Shown here piece by piece: positions 48,568 to 57,099 of a stretch of 64,000 bases of DNA. A program made the position numbers and the translations under genes. Source of the DNA: Promethearchaeota archaeon. Lineage in GTDB: Archaea; Asgardarchaeota; Lokiarchaeia; Sigyniarchaeales; SOKP01. Numbering within the stretch: position 1 is the first letter of the stretch; each line of letters begins with the position of its first letter. The stretch is from positions 722,355 to 786,354 of the forward strand of contig JAHPZA010000009.1 in assembly GCA_019058445.1 (NCBI GenBank), in the 5' to 3' direction. Below the pieces are notes generated by a model. It was not told the origin of the DNA. It ran no database searches and worked only from the letters and a program-made list of their open reading frames with translations.

Positions 48568-50224
48568 ATTTGCTTGTGATACGTCTGTAATCTTTAATGG
48601 TCAAATCATAAATCTCATAGAAGATGGAGAATTAGGAGAAAAACCAGAAATTTTTATTTCAAATATAGTACTTGCAGAAGTTGAATACAGAACAAATATC
48701 CATAAAGAAATTGGGTATTTTGGATTAAACGTATTGAAACATTTGAGAGAACTTCATGATAATGGAGAAATCACACTTCACATTGTAGGTAAGCGCCCTA
48801 CAAGAGAGGAAATCAAAATGAGTCCGGGAGGAGAACTTGATGCCTTAATTAGAGAGTCTGCGCGTGAGAATGATGCAGTATTAATCACAGCAGACCGAAT
48901 TCAAGGTGATGTAGGTGCATTTGAGGGATTAGAAATATTATTTGCCTGGGAAAAAAAACCTAAAACAGAAATATTACCACAATCTCTTAAATTGATTTCT
49001 TATTTTGATGATGAAACGATGAGTGTTCATCTTAAACGTAATTTAGCGCCATATGCTAAAAAAGGACGGCCCGGTGATTGGCGTTTACAAAAAATATCCG
49101 AAGAACCGATATCAACCCAATTAATTGAAGATATCGCCCTTGAAATTATTGAAAACGTTAGAGAGGACGAGCATTCTTTTATTGAGATCGAAAAAGAAGG
49201 TGCTCTTGTAGCCCAACTTCGTGAGTTTAGAATTGTAATAACACGCCCTCCGTTTTCTACAGATGTGGAAATTACTGCTGTGCGGCCTCTTGTGAGTTTA
49301 ACATTAAATGATTATGCTATTGATAAAAGGCTAAAAACTAGGCTCAATAAAGCAGAGGGAATATTAGTTGCAGGACCACCAGGAGCAGGGAAATCTACAT
49401 TCTCTGCAGCTTTAGCTAATTATTATTTAGAACAAGATAAAGTAATTAAAACTCTTGAGAGTGTAAGAGATTTGCAGGTAAGACCTGAAATTACACAATA
49501 TACTAAATTAGAGGGAAGTCTTGAAAATTCTGCGGATGTGCTATTACTTGTAAGACCTGATTTTACAATATTCGATGAAGTACGGGTATTTGAAGATTTT
49601 AAAATTTATTCAGATTTTCGGTTATCTGGTGTAGGTATGGTTGGAGTGGTTCATTCTTCTTCTGCAATTGATGCTATCCAAAGATTTATAGGAAGAATCG
49701 AACTTGGAATGATACCTTCCATAATTGATACTATCATTTTTATCGAGGGTGGTGATATTTCTACTGTTTTAACTTTAAAAATGACAGTAAAAGTCCCTCA
49801 CGGATTTAGAGATAAAGACCTTGCCAGACCAGTGGTAGAAGTTAGAAATTTTGATAATGGTCGACTTGCTTTTGAAATCTATAGTTTCGGACAAGACGTA
49901 GTTATAAATCCAATCAATCCATTAAAAACAAAAAGACCAACAAAAGATTTTGAATTTTCTAGGGAGTTTATACCGGGTAAAAGGGGGAAAGCTCCAAAAG
50001 AAAAAATCGAACTAGATGTAATTATTGAAAAGGAAAAAGTTATCATAAAAGCCGATCTCAATTATGCTAGTCAAAACATAGAAATATATGCAGATGGAAA
50101 ACACATTTTTACTGGCTCACTGAGTAGAAAAAGTGAAATTAATCTTTCATTATTAAATAAAGAGGGAAGAAGAATTCTTAAAGAACTAGACAGGAATAAA
50201 GATATTTATGGAAAGATTAAATAG
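48557..50224 (+). CDS. PIN-domain plus P-loop ATPase (archaeal COG1855 / PilT-PhoH-like type)
   Basis: PIN-like N-terminus (ACDTSVIFNG ... LITADR) and Walker A GPPGAGKST. I prefer ATG 48557, which overlaps the EndA stop by 11 nt; the track ORF starts at 48533. Confidence 0.65.
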   Translation: MQDKFACDTSVIFNGQIINLIEDGELGEKPEIFISNIVLAEVEYRTNIHKEIGYFGLNVLKHLRELHDNGEITLHIVGKRPTREEIKMSPGGELDALIRESARENDAVLITADRIQGDVGAFEGLEILFAWEKKPKTEILPQSLKLISYFDDETMSVHLKRNLAPYAKKGRPGDWRLQKISEEPISTQLIEDIALEIIENVREDEHSFIEIEKEGALVAQLREFRIVITRPPFSTDVEITAVRPLVSLTLNDYAIDKRLKTRLNKAEGILVAGPPGAGKSTFSAALANYYLEQDKVIKTLESVRDLQVRPEITQYTKLEGSLENSADVLLLVRPDFTIFDEVRVFEDFKIYSDFRLSGVGMVGVVHSSSAIDAIQRFIGRIELGMIPSIIDTIIFIEGGDISTVLTLKMTVKVPHGFRDKDLARPVVEVRNFDNGRLAFEIYSFGQDVVINPINPLKTKRPTKDFEFSREFIPGKRGKAPKEKIELDVIIEKEKVIIKADLNYASQNIEIYADGKHIFTGSLSRKSEINLSLLNKEGRRILKELDRNKDIYGKIK

Positions 50225-50263
50225 ATAATTATAAAAATAAAAAAAAAGAATATTATATTTTAT

Positions 50264-51550
50264 TTAAGCTTTAATTGAAGTAAGATCTACTCCTTTTGTT
50301 TCTTTAATGTATTTATAGACTAAAGGTACATTTATGAATAATGGTATTGAAAAGAGTATAAATGCCATCCCTAAGCCTAAAAATAGCACAACAATACCTC
50401 CCAAAAGTAATCCACTGGTAATACCAAGAGCAGAGATAAAACCTCTTAGACCACCAGCAGTACCTCTTTTATCAGTTGGGACAATTTCAACTGTTACAAT
50501 TCGTATACCTCCTATCAATCCCCACCATGCACCGTAGACCAAACCAAAGAAGATCCAAGTAATAATACTCGTTCCCATTCCAATATTGACTAGCATAACA
50601 ACAATAATTACAAATATTGGAAGTAATATTGACCAGAAATATAATACAAACTTTCTTCCTATTTTGTCCCCGGTTATTCCAGAAACGATATATGCGGATA
50701 GAATCATAGTTGCAGTAATTAATACGGCTGTATTTACTTGGCTTTCACTCACTCCTCCTTGGGTCCTCAAATATTCCTGCCCAACTATACAGAACAGATA
50801 ACTTAGCCCATTTGTAAGAGCTAAGAATAAAACTACAATATATTCAGTTCTTCGGGAGGATTTAAATAATGCTTTGACATTTTCCGTAAATGATGGAGTT
50901 TCCACTTTTTCTCCAGATTCTTTATGTTCCTTATAGGTCGAAGTTTCCTTGAGAGTGAATAAGACGAGTATTGTACATAAAAATCCTAAGATTACTGCAA
51001 ACCACGATAAGCCCCTCCATGCGCCAACAGGGGAAGTCTCTGTAATAAAGACACCCCGAAGTATAGATGATACAAAGACTCCAATAATCCCTCCAGACAC
51101 AATAATATTAGCCCAAATGGCTCTTTTATCGTCTGGACATTCCTCATTAATGTATATCATCCAGATATCGGAACTAAAGAACAGATAGAGCAGAAACAAA
51201 AAGACAATATACATGATGAAAGTTGTAGATAAGATCATCATGAGAGAGGCAAACGCCATTCCAAAACAAGTAAAAGCAAGTATCTTTTTTCTTCCAATTC
51301 TATCTGCCATATATTGATTTACAAAGACAAAATACATTCCTATTGTTGCAATACCAGCTCCTATGGAATAAATTGCTTGTGCGGTATTCCGATTCATGTC
51401 TGCTAAGAATTCATCTATTATATTCGAGGGGATCACCAACGGATAAGCTGTTGTGTAAGCATCGAGTATTTCTATTAGAATTAAGACAAACACTAAATAC
51501 CGAAAATAGCCCTTTGACACTCTTAAAGAGCTACTAGAAGATTCGGTCAT
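50264..51550 (-). CDS. MFS transporter
   Basis: About 12 hydrophobic helices and the loop 2-3 motif ADRIGRKKIL. Confidence 0.75.
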   Translation of the reverse strand: MTESSSSSLRVSKGYFRYLVFVLILIEILDAYTTAYPLVIPSNIIDEFLADMNRNTAQAIYSIGAGIATIGMYFVFVNQYMADRIGRKKILAFTCFGMAFASLMMILSTTFIMYIVFLFLLYLFFSSDIWMIYINEECPDDKRAIWANIIVSGGIIGVFVSSILRGVFITETSPVGAWRGLSWFAVILGFLCTILVLFTLKETSTYKEHKESGEKVETPSFTENVKALFKSSRRTEYIVVLFLALTNGLSYLFCIVGQEYLRTQGGVSESQVNTAVLITATMILSAYIVSGITGDKIGRKFVLYFWSILLPIFVIIVVMLVNIGMGTSIITWIFFGLVYGAWWGLIGGIRIVTVEIVPTDKRGTAGGLRGFISALGITSGLLLGGIVVLFLGLGMAFILFSIPLFINVPLVYKYIKETKGVDLTSIKA

Positions 51551-51674
51551 AAATATGAATCGATATTAATCTATATAAATATTTGCCGTTTCTGATTAAG
51601 TAAAAAAAGAATAAATAGACAACAATGGAAAAAATGAATTTTTAAAAAAAAAAAATAATTATAAGTAATTTGAC

Positions 51675-52901
51675 TTACCTTTCTTCTTGCACTGCTTCTA
51701 AAACCTTACCTTTAGTTTCATAGGGCTTTATTAATAGGGTAATCAAAGGGATAATCATAAAGATACCGCCCCATATGAAAAATCCACCCATAGTGGGATA
51801 TGCTATTAATAAAACAAACGCAACCAGGGGGCCAATTACATATGCGGCACGAACTGCTGTGTAAGAGACGCCTACAGCGGTAGACCTGATTTTAGTTGGA
51901 AATATTTCTGCAAAATACACCATAATCCAAGCTAGAATAATCGGCATAAATAAGTAAATCATAAAGAAGAAGATTGTTGTACCACCGGTAATTCCAAGAC
52001 CTATGAATCCAATTACGGAACCAGTACATCCAATAATCATCGTACCATTTCTCCCCACCTTCTCCATCAAAATTCCAGATAAGATAGCACCAACCATCGT
52101 AAGTAATGCTGCAACTGTGAGTATGCTACGAAATTGAGGTTCTGACCAACCCAAAATGTTCATATAGTAATATGCACCCCAAGATCGAATAAGAATATAT
52201 GAAATTGTCCACATACTATATACAATGGTACACATTAAAACGTAAATCATATCCGTTCTTTTCATTTCTTTAAGTGCTTCTTTTAATTTCAGAAGTCTAG
52301 ATTCTCTTTTTGTGTGTTCAATCTCCCATCTCTGCGGTTCTTTCATGAAGTACCACATAACACAAAGTCCTAACATAAAGAAGAACCATATCCCATATGC
52401 CCAACGCCATCCTATACTTGTCGCTATAGGACCTGCTACAAATGCCCATATAGGTATTACACCTATAAGAAATGCGATGCTACCATATAGAGCTCTCTTC
52501 GCCGGGGGCGATTCCTCAGCTACAGGAATTTCCCAAATATTTGAAAGAGTTCCTAAGATCATAATTGAATACAGTATCATGAACCAATGGAAGTTACCTT
52601 CAGTTGTGAAAACAATTAAAAGAGCGGGAATACCTAATACTAACATTAGAAATAACATCCCTTTTCTCCTTCCATATGCATCTGCAACCCATGCTATAAT
52701 GAAAACTGCAAAAGTAATAATCCCGTAAATTCCTTGCCAGAACGCAAATTCTGCTGCTGTTATTCCATAATCTTGAAGAATAAAGGGTATGAGAGGGCCC
52801 TCAATTTGAGATAAGCTTTGATCAAGAAGTCCAATAAGTCCCATGAATATTACAAGGAAAGCAACATATCCACCTGACCTTTGTTCAAATTCTTCTGACA
52901 T
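51675..52901 (-). CDS. MFS transporter
   Basis: About 12 hydrophobic helices and the loop 2-3 motif DAYGRRKGML. Confidence 0.75.
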   Translation of the reverse strand: MSEEFEQRSGGYVAFLVIFMGLIGLLDQSLSQIEGPLIPFILQDYGITAAEFAFWQGIYGIITFAVFIIAWVADAYGRRKGMLFLMLVLGIPALLIVFTTEGNFHWFMILYSIMILGTLSNIWEIPVAEESPPAKRALYGSIAFLIGVIPIWAFVAGPIATSIGWRWAYGIWFFFMLGLCVMWYFMKEPQRWEIEHTKRESRLLKLKEALKEMKRTDMIYVLMCTIVYSMWTISYILIRSWGAYYYMNILGWSEPQFRSILTVAALLTMVGAILSGILMEKVGRNGTMIIGCTGSVIGFIGLGITGGTTIFFFMIYLFMPIILAWIMVYFAEIFPTKIRSTAVGVSYTAVRAAYVIGPLVAFVLLIAYPTMGGFFIWGGIFMIIPLITLLIKPYETKGKVLEAVQEER

Positions 52902-53074
52902 TTTTAATCATTTTAATTTATTTTTTATATTAGAATTTCTCCATAAATTGTATGTTATGTCTTCTTTAAGATGTTTAACTATTTAAAGGTAGAATTTCCT
53001 TTAAAAAGAAAAAAAGGATAAAAAAAATTAATGAAATATCCTAAAATTATTAATACGTTATAGATATGTTTATA

Positions 53075-53875
53075 TTAATCTTTCTCTATTAAATCTTTTA
53101 CTTTTTCAATGATTGGAGGCAGAACATCTATAATATCATCAAAGAATCTTAAATCTGCTACTCTATCATAGGGTGTTTCTCCTCTATTTAAAATTATGAG
53201 TTTAGAACCCGATTGTTTCGCAATCCCCGGCATATTAGCCGCAGGGGTTACGACTAGAGAAGATCCAATTACAAAAAACACATCTGAAGCTTCAGACCTC
53301 CTCATAGATTCATATAATTCATCTTCTGGCAGAGGATCTCCGAAATTTACTATACTATTAATTATCCTCCCCCCGCACTGCGGACATTTTGGCTGACCAT
53401 CCTTAATTCCATCTGTTCTATATCCTTTTCCCCATTTATTCTTATCCCATCCTGCCTCTTCGAAAAGCATTTTTTTATTACATTGTAGGCATTTCATGTA
53501 GTACATGTTTATGGCATATGATGAATACTATCATATGTTTCCATGAAGTTCTGCCAGCTTTTCAAAGGGGATCCCTGATTTCGCATGAAGCCCGTCAACA
53601 TTCTGAGAAATTAAGTAGTCTAATTTCCCAATTTTCAATAATTCTACAATAGAAAAGTGAGCGATATTTGGTTTTACTTGGTCCCATGGAGGGGATTTTG
53701 GAGGAGGTAGCCCTGCATCCCTACGAGTCCACACTCCATCCGGTCCACGATAATCTGGTAGACCACTATGAGTGGAAACTCCTGCTCCAGTAAAGACTAC
53801 GAGTTGTTCAGATTCAGCAATCCATTTTGCTGCTAAATCGATTTTTTCTTTAAGTTCTGGTTCCATAATACACAA
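53075..53875 (-). pseudogene. Sir2-family NAD-dependent deacylase split into two in-frame ORFs (53531-53875 and 53075-53506) by a short insertion carrying TGA TAG
   Basis: The two halves are collinear with the intact paralog at 54008-54787. The break falls right after the catalytic ELHGN motif, and both ORFs are in the same frame. Confidence 0.6.
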
Positions 53876-54007
53876 ATAAAATTACTATTTATAAAAAGAT
53901 ATTGTCCAAAATCTAAATTTAAAATACTGAAAATAAAAAGTCATATTTTTCAGATTAAAGGAAAATTGTTGTTTTAGTATCTCTTTAAATAATTATGATA
54001 TCATAAT

Positions 54008-54787
54008 TTAGCGTGCATGATCCACCCCTACCATTTCTTTAACTTTTTCTACAATAGGAGGTAATACATCAGCAATAGAATCAGAGAACCTCAAATCAGC
54101 TATATTGTCATATGGGGTTTCTCCTTGGTTGAGAATGATTAATTTCGCACCACTTTGTCGAGCAAGACTAGGCATATGTGCTGCAGGATATACTACTAAA
54201 GATGACCCTATAACGAAAAATACATCACTTTCTGCTGATCTTCTCATTGATTCTTGTAAATCATCTTGGGGTAATGGGTCTCCAAAATTAACAATACTAT
54301 TAATTAACCTTCCTTCACAATCCGGACATCTTGGGTGTCGTTTTCGTGGTTTTGACATTCGAAATCCCATTCCATGTAGTCGTCTATTCCATCCTGCTTC
54401 TTCAAATGTTAACTTTTTTCCACAACCTAAACATCTCATAAGTTGCATATTTCCGTGTAATTCTGCAAGTTTTTCAAAGGGGATACCAGATTTTATGTGA
54501 AGCCCATCTATATTTTGGGATATTAAATAATCTAGCTTTCCCATTTCTAATAACTCTACTATTAAATAATGAGCGATGTTAGGGTTAACTTTATCCCATG
54601 GAGGAGACTTAGGAGGGGGTAGACCAGCATCTCTCCGAGTCCACAGCCCATCTGGGCCACGAAAGTCAGGTAATCCGCTATCTGTGGATATACCCGCCCC
54701 GGTAAATATTACTAGTCGTTCAGATTCGGCAATCCATTTTGCGGCTAAATCTATTTTTTCTTTAAGATCTGATTCCATAGTACACAA
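54008..54787 (-). CDS. Sir2-family NAD-dependent protein deacylase (sirtuin) with Cys4 zinc module
   Basis: FTGAGISTDSGLPDFRGPDGLW, QNIDGLH, ELHGN, CLGCGKK ... CPDCEG, GSSLVVYPAA. Confidence 0.85.
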   Translation of the reverse strand: MCTMESDLKEKIDLAAKWIAESERLVIFTGAGISTDSGLPDFRGPDGLWTRRDAGLPPPKSPPWDKVNPNIAHYLIVELLEMGKLDYLISQNIDGLHIKSGIPFEKLAELHGNMQLMRCLGCGKKLTFEEAGWNRRLHGMGFRMSKPRKRHPRCPDCEGRLINSIVNFGDPLPQDDLQESMRRSAESDVFFVIGSSLVVYPAAHMPSLARQSGAKLIILNQGETPYDNIADLRFSDSIADVLPPIVEKVKEMVGVDHAR

Positions 54788-54921
54788 ATAAAATAACTAT
54801 TAATAAAAACATATTGTAATTAGTTAAAAAGAACCTAATTAAAAAGATATCCTACATTAAAATCAAAAAAATTAATTAATACTTGTATAACTATATAATA
54901 AAATCACGGAAGGAATTTAAA

Positions 54922-56337
54922 ATGGCGAAAAAGAAATCAAAAAAGAAAATTTCAAAGGATTACGATTTCAAATTATTACTACAGTCAATGACAGTTGCGA
55001 AAATTAAGGAACTAATTGATTATTACAATGAGAAATTTGTCATCAATGGACCGAAAGATGAATTGTTAAAGCGATTTTCTACCCTTAAGAAAGCAGAACT
55101 GGTGGAATTTGTTGATGCTGCTTTTACTAAGGCGGAGAAGGATGAATTGTATGATGAATTTGCCCCTGAAATTATACAGACTATAATGACTGATGCTCTT
55201 TCTCTAGTTAGTGGCGAACATAAAGTTGAACAAATTCATAATGCGTCAGTTATTTCTGGAGGAAAAGGCTATAGAGTATGGTTTAAAGGAAAATATGGCT
55301 CGAATCGCGCATCTTTGCAAATTCTGGATGATTCCACTAAAAAGAGTTGTACTTGTAGATTAGGAAGCATAGATGGGATCTGTATGCATCAAATGGCTAT
55401 TTATCTGATGCTTTTGAGTAAAAAAGCAATCTCTTTAGATAACATGCCTTTCAATGTTGATGAAAAATGGTTTAAGTCTATACAGAAAAGGTTAGATCTG
55501 CTAGCAGCTCAAAGTTTATTTAAAGAAGACCCGACTATTATGCTTTCGAATGATTACTCCATCTATGTAAGCGGAGACCTTGTTACATTGCAATGGGGAG
55601 GGGATTATGCGGGGCGAACTACCAAGGATATCTCAGAGGAAGGGGGGGATGTAGATGAATGGGTTGCTCAAAAAGTGGTGGATATACTCCTTAAACCTAT
55701 TAAAGTAAAAACAAAGGAGGGGGCGCCAAATAAATTAGTTATTGATTCTTATGGAATTATTTCAAAAATAATGGGGAATCCTAAGTTAAAAGAGAAAATT
55801 TTGAAAAAGTTTGCTAAACTTGAAGATCCAGACCTACCCTCTGATGAACAATCTCTTGAAGAGTTTCTAAGAAGTGATTTAAAAGAGCAGACCGCAGATT
55901 TAAAGATTGACCCCCCATTTGAAGCTTATATGGGAAACGAGCCATTTCTATTCATAAGTTATACACATAAGGATAAATCAGAAGTATACCCCATAATAGA
56001 AAAATTATATAACAACGGAATTAATATTTGGTATGATGAAGGAATCCCTTTGAGTACTGATTGGTGTAATACCCTCGCAGAAAAAATTTTGGATTGTCAA
56101 GTCTTTTTATCATTTATTTCTCCCCATGTAAATGAATCGGATAACACTCAAGACGAAATACAATTTGCAATAAACGAAAAAAAAACCTTTCTTGCGGTGT
56201 ATTTAACCGAAGGGGATCTTTCTCCTGGATTAAAAATGAGAATGAGGAGAATTCAGGGTATTGAAAAATTCCAAATGGACCAAGAGAGATTTTATGACAA
56301 GCTATTGAACGAAATTAATAGAATAGTAAGCAACTAA
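54922..56337 (+). CDS. SAP/HeH-like plus SWIM zinc finger plus C-terminal TIR-like domain protein
   Basis: SWIM is CTCRLGSIDGICMHQMAIY. The TIR-like C-terminus is PFLFISYTHKDKSEVYPIIEKLYNNGINIWYDEGIP ... DWC ... VFLSFISP ... SDNTQDEIQFAI. I prefer ATG 54922 (GGAAGGA upstream); the track ORF starts at 54883. Confidence 0.6.
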   Translation: MAKKKSKKKISKDYDFKLLLQSMTVAKIKELIDYYNEKFVINGPKDELLKRFSTLKKAELVEFVDAAFTKAEKDELYDEFAPEIIQTIMTDALSLVSGEHKVEQIHNASVISGGKGYRVWFKGKYGSNRASLQILDDSTKKSCTCRLGSIDGICMHQMAIYLMLLSKKAISLDNMPFNVDEKWFKSIQKRLDLLAAQSLFKEDPTIMLSNDYSIYVSGDLVTLQWGGDYAGRTTKDISEEGGDVDEWVAQKVVDILLKPIKVKTKEGAPNKLVIDSYGIISKIMGNPKLKEKILKKFAKLEDPDLPSDEQSLEEFLRSDLKEQTADLKIDPPFEAYMGNEPFLFISYTHKDKSEVYPIIEKLYNNGINIWYDEGIPLSTDWCNTLAEKILDCQVFLSFISPHVNESDNTQDEIQFAINEKKTFLAVYLTEGDLSPGLKMRMRRIQGIEKFQMDQERFYDKLLNEINRIVSN

Positions 56338-56350
56338 TGAAATAAAAATA

Positions 56351-57085
56351 CTATATGTTTTTTTCTTTTTTTAATAACCTTATCAAATGGTTTAGATTAT
56401 CTTCCAGACCATATTCTTTTACTCTATAAAAAGGTTCCTCTATCAAACCAAGTTGTTTTGAATTATGCGCATCACTTCCAATACTCACGGGAATTTTATG
56501 ATTCCTTAACTTTTCGAAAAATACAAGATATTTAGGGGAATAAAATTGTGAATAACTTGAATTGAATTCAAAGAAGACATTACATTTTCTTAGAAATTGG
56601 ATCAGTCTATCTATTCCAGTATATATAAAATTTGAGGGATCAAAATGAGCTAATCCGAATAGTGGGAGATTATCAAACGAGATCTTTCTTTGCCAATAAT
56701 TAATTAGGTTATTGATAAAGGCAAGACCTTCAAAAGTCTCCAAGTATTCAAATAATATGATATCAAATTTGCACGGTTCTATAAGATTTTTTATAAATTC
56801 TTCAGAACTTCCAAGATCTACCTCTATTCCTTTATAGAGCAGGAGATTTTTCGAATTTGAGTTCAAATAACTTTGGCAGTTTGAGATTTCATCTAAATAG
56901 GTTTCAATTTTTTCAACAGAGTTTAAAGTGGGCATTAATCCAGACTTCCAAGAATTTGTGAAATGATCAGTAATCGCTAGATAATTTAATCCAATCTTGA
57001 CAGCTTTAGCAACAATTTTATTAATCGAATTTTTTCCGTCAGAATAAATTGAATGACAATGTAGATTAATTTTAGGAAAATTCAT
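56351..57085 (-). CDS. PHP-domain metal-dependent phosphoesterase
   Basis: INLHCHSIYSDGK at the N-terminus, ITDH, and GSDAHN near the C-terminus. Confidence 0.7.
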   Translation of the reverse strand: MNFPKINLHCHSIYSDGKNSINKIVAKAVKIGLNYLAITDHFTNSWKSGLMPTLNSVEKIETYLDEISNCQSYLNSNSKNLLLYKGIEVDLGSSEEFIKNLIEPCKFDIILFEYLETFEGLAFINNLINYWQRKISFDNLPLFGLAHFDPSNFIYTGIDRLIQFLRKCNVFFEFNSSYSQFYSPKYLVFFEKLRNHKIPVSIGSDAHNSKQLGLIEEPFYRVKEYGLEDNLNHLIRLLKKEKNI

Positions 57086-57099
57086 AATTGCAATAACAA

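Noticed and set aside
53528-53533. In-frame TGA TAG in the split sirtuin read as selenocysteine/pyrrolysine recoding
   Set aside because: The two different stop codons are back to back and sit inside a 9-codon insertion that the intact paralog lacks. The paralog has ordinary residues (MQL) at that point. Recoding of both stops is far less likely than disruption by the insertion.
53518-53579. Box C/D sRNA on the plus strand at the sirtuin split site (ATGATGA at 53518-53524, CTGA at 53576-53579)
   Set aside because: There is no terminal stem flanking the boxes and no convincing internal D-prime or C-prime boxes. The ATGATGA is part of the palindromic insertion, so this is probably coincidental in AT-rich sequence.
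41946-54791. Other antisense ORFs of 60-150 aa in the track (for example 41946-42398, 43508-43735, 50334-51537, 52312-52728, 53196-53396, 54105-54500, 54576-54791)
   Set aside because: Each is embedded opposite a longer ORF with clear family motifs (FAD oxidase, MFS, sirtuin). None has recognisable motifs or ribosome-binding sites.
53075-56337. Calling the sirtuin plus TIR locus a Thoeris system
   Set aside because: The sirtuins carry canonical deacylase motifs and a Cys4 zinc module. They lack any SLOG or other sensor domain of ThsA-type effectors. The TIR protein has SAP/SWIM modules unlike ThsB. I kept it only as a speculative NAD-related association.
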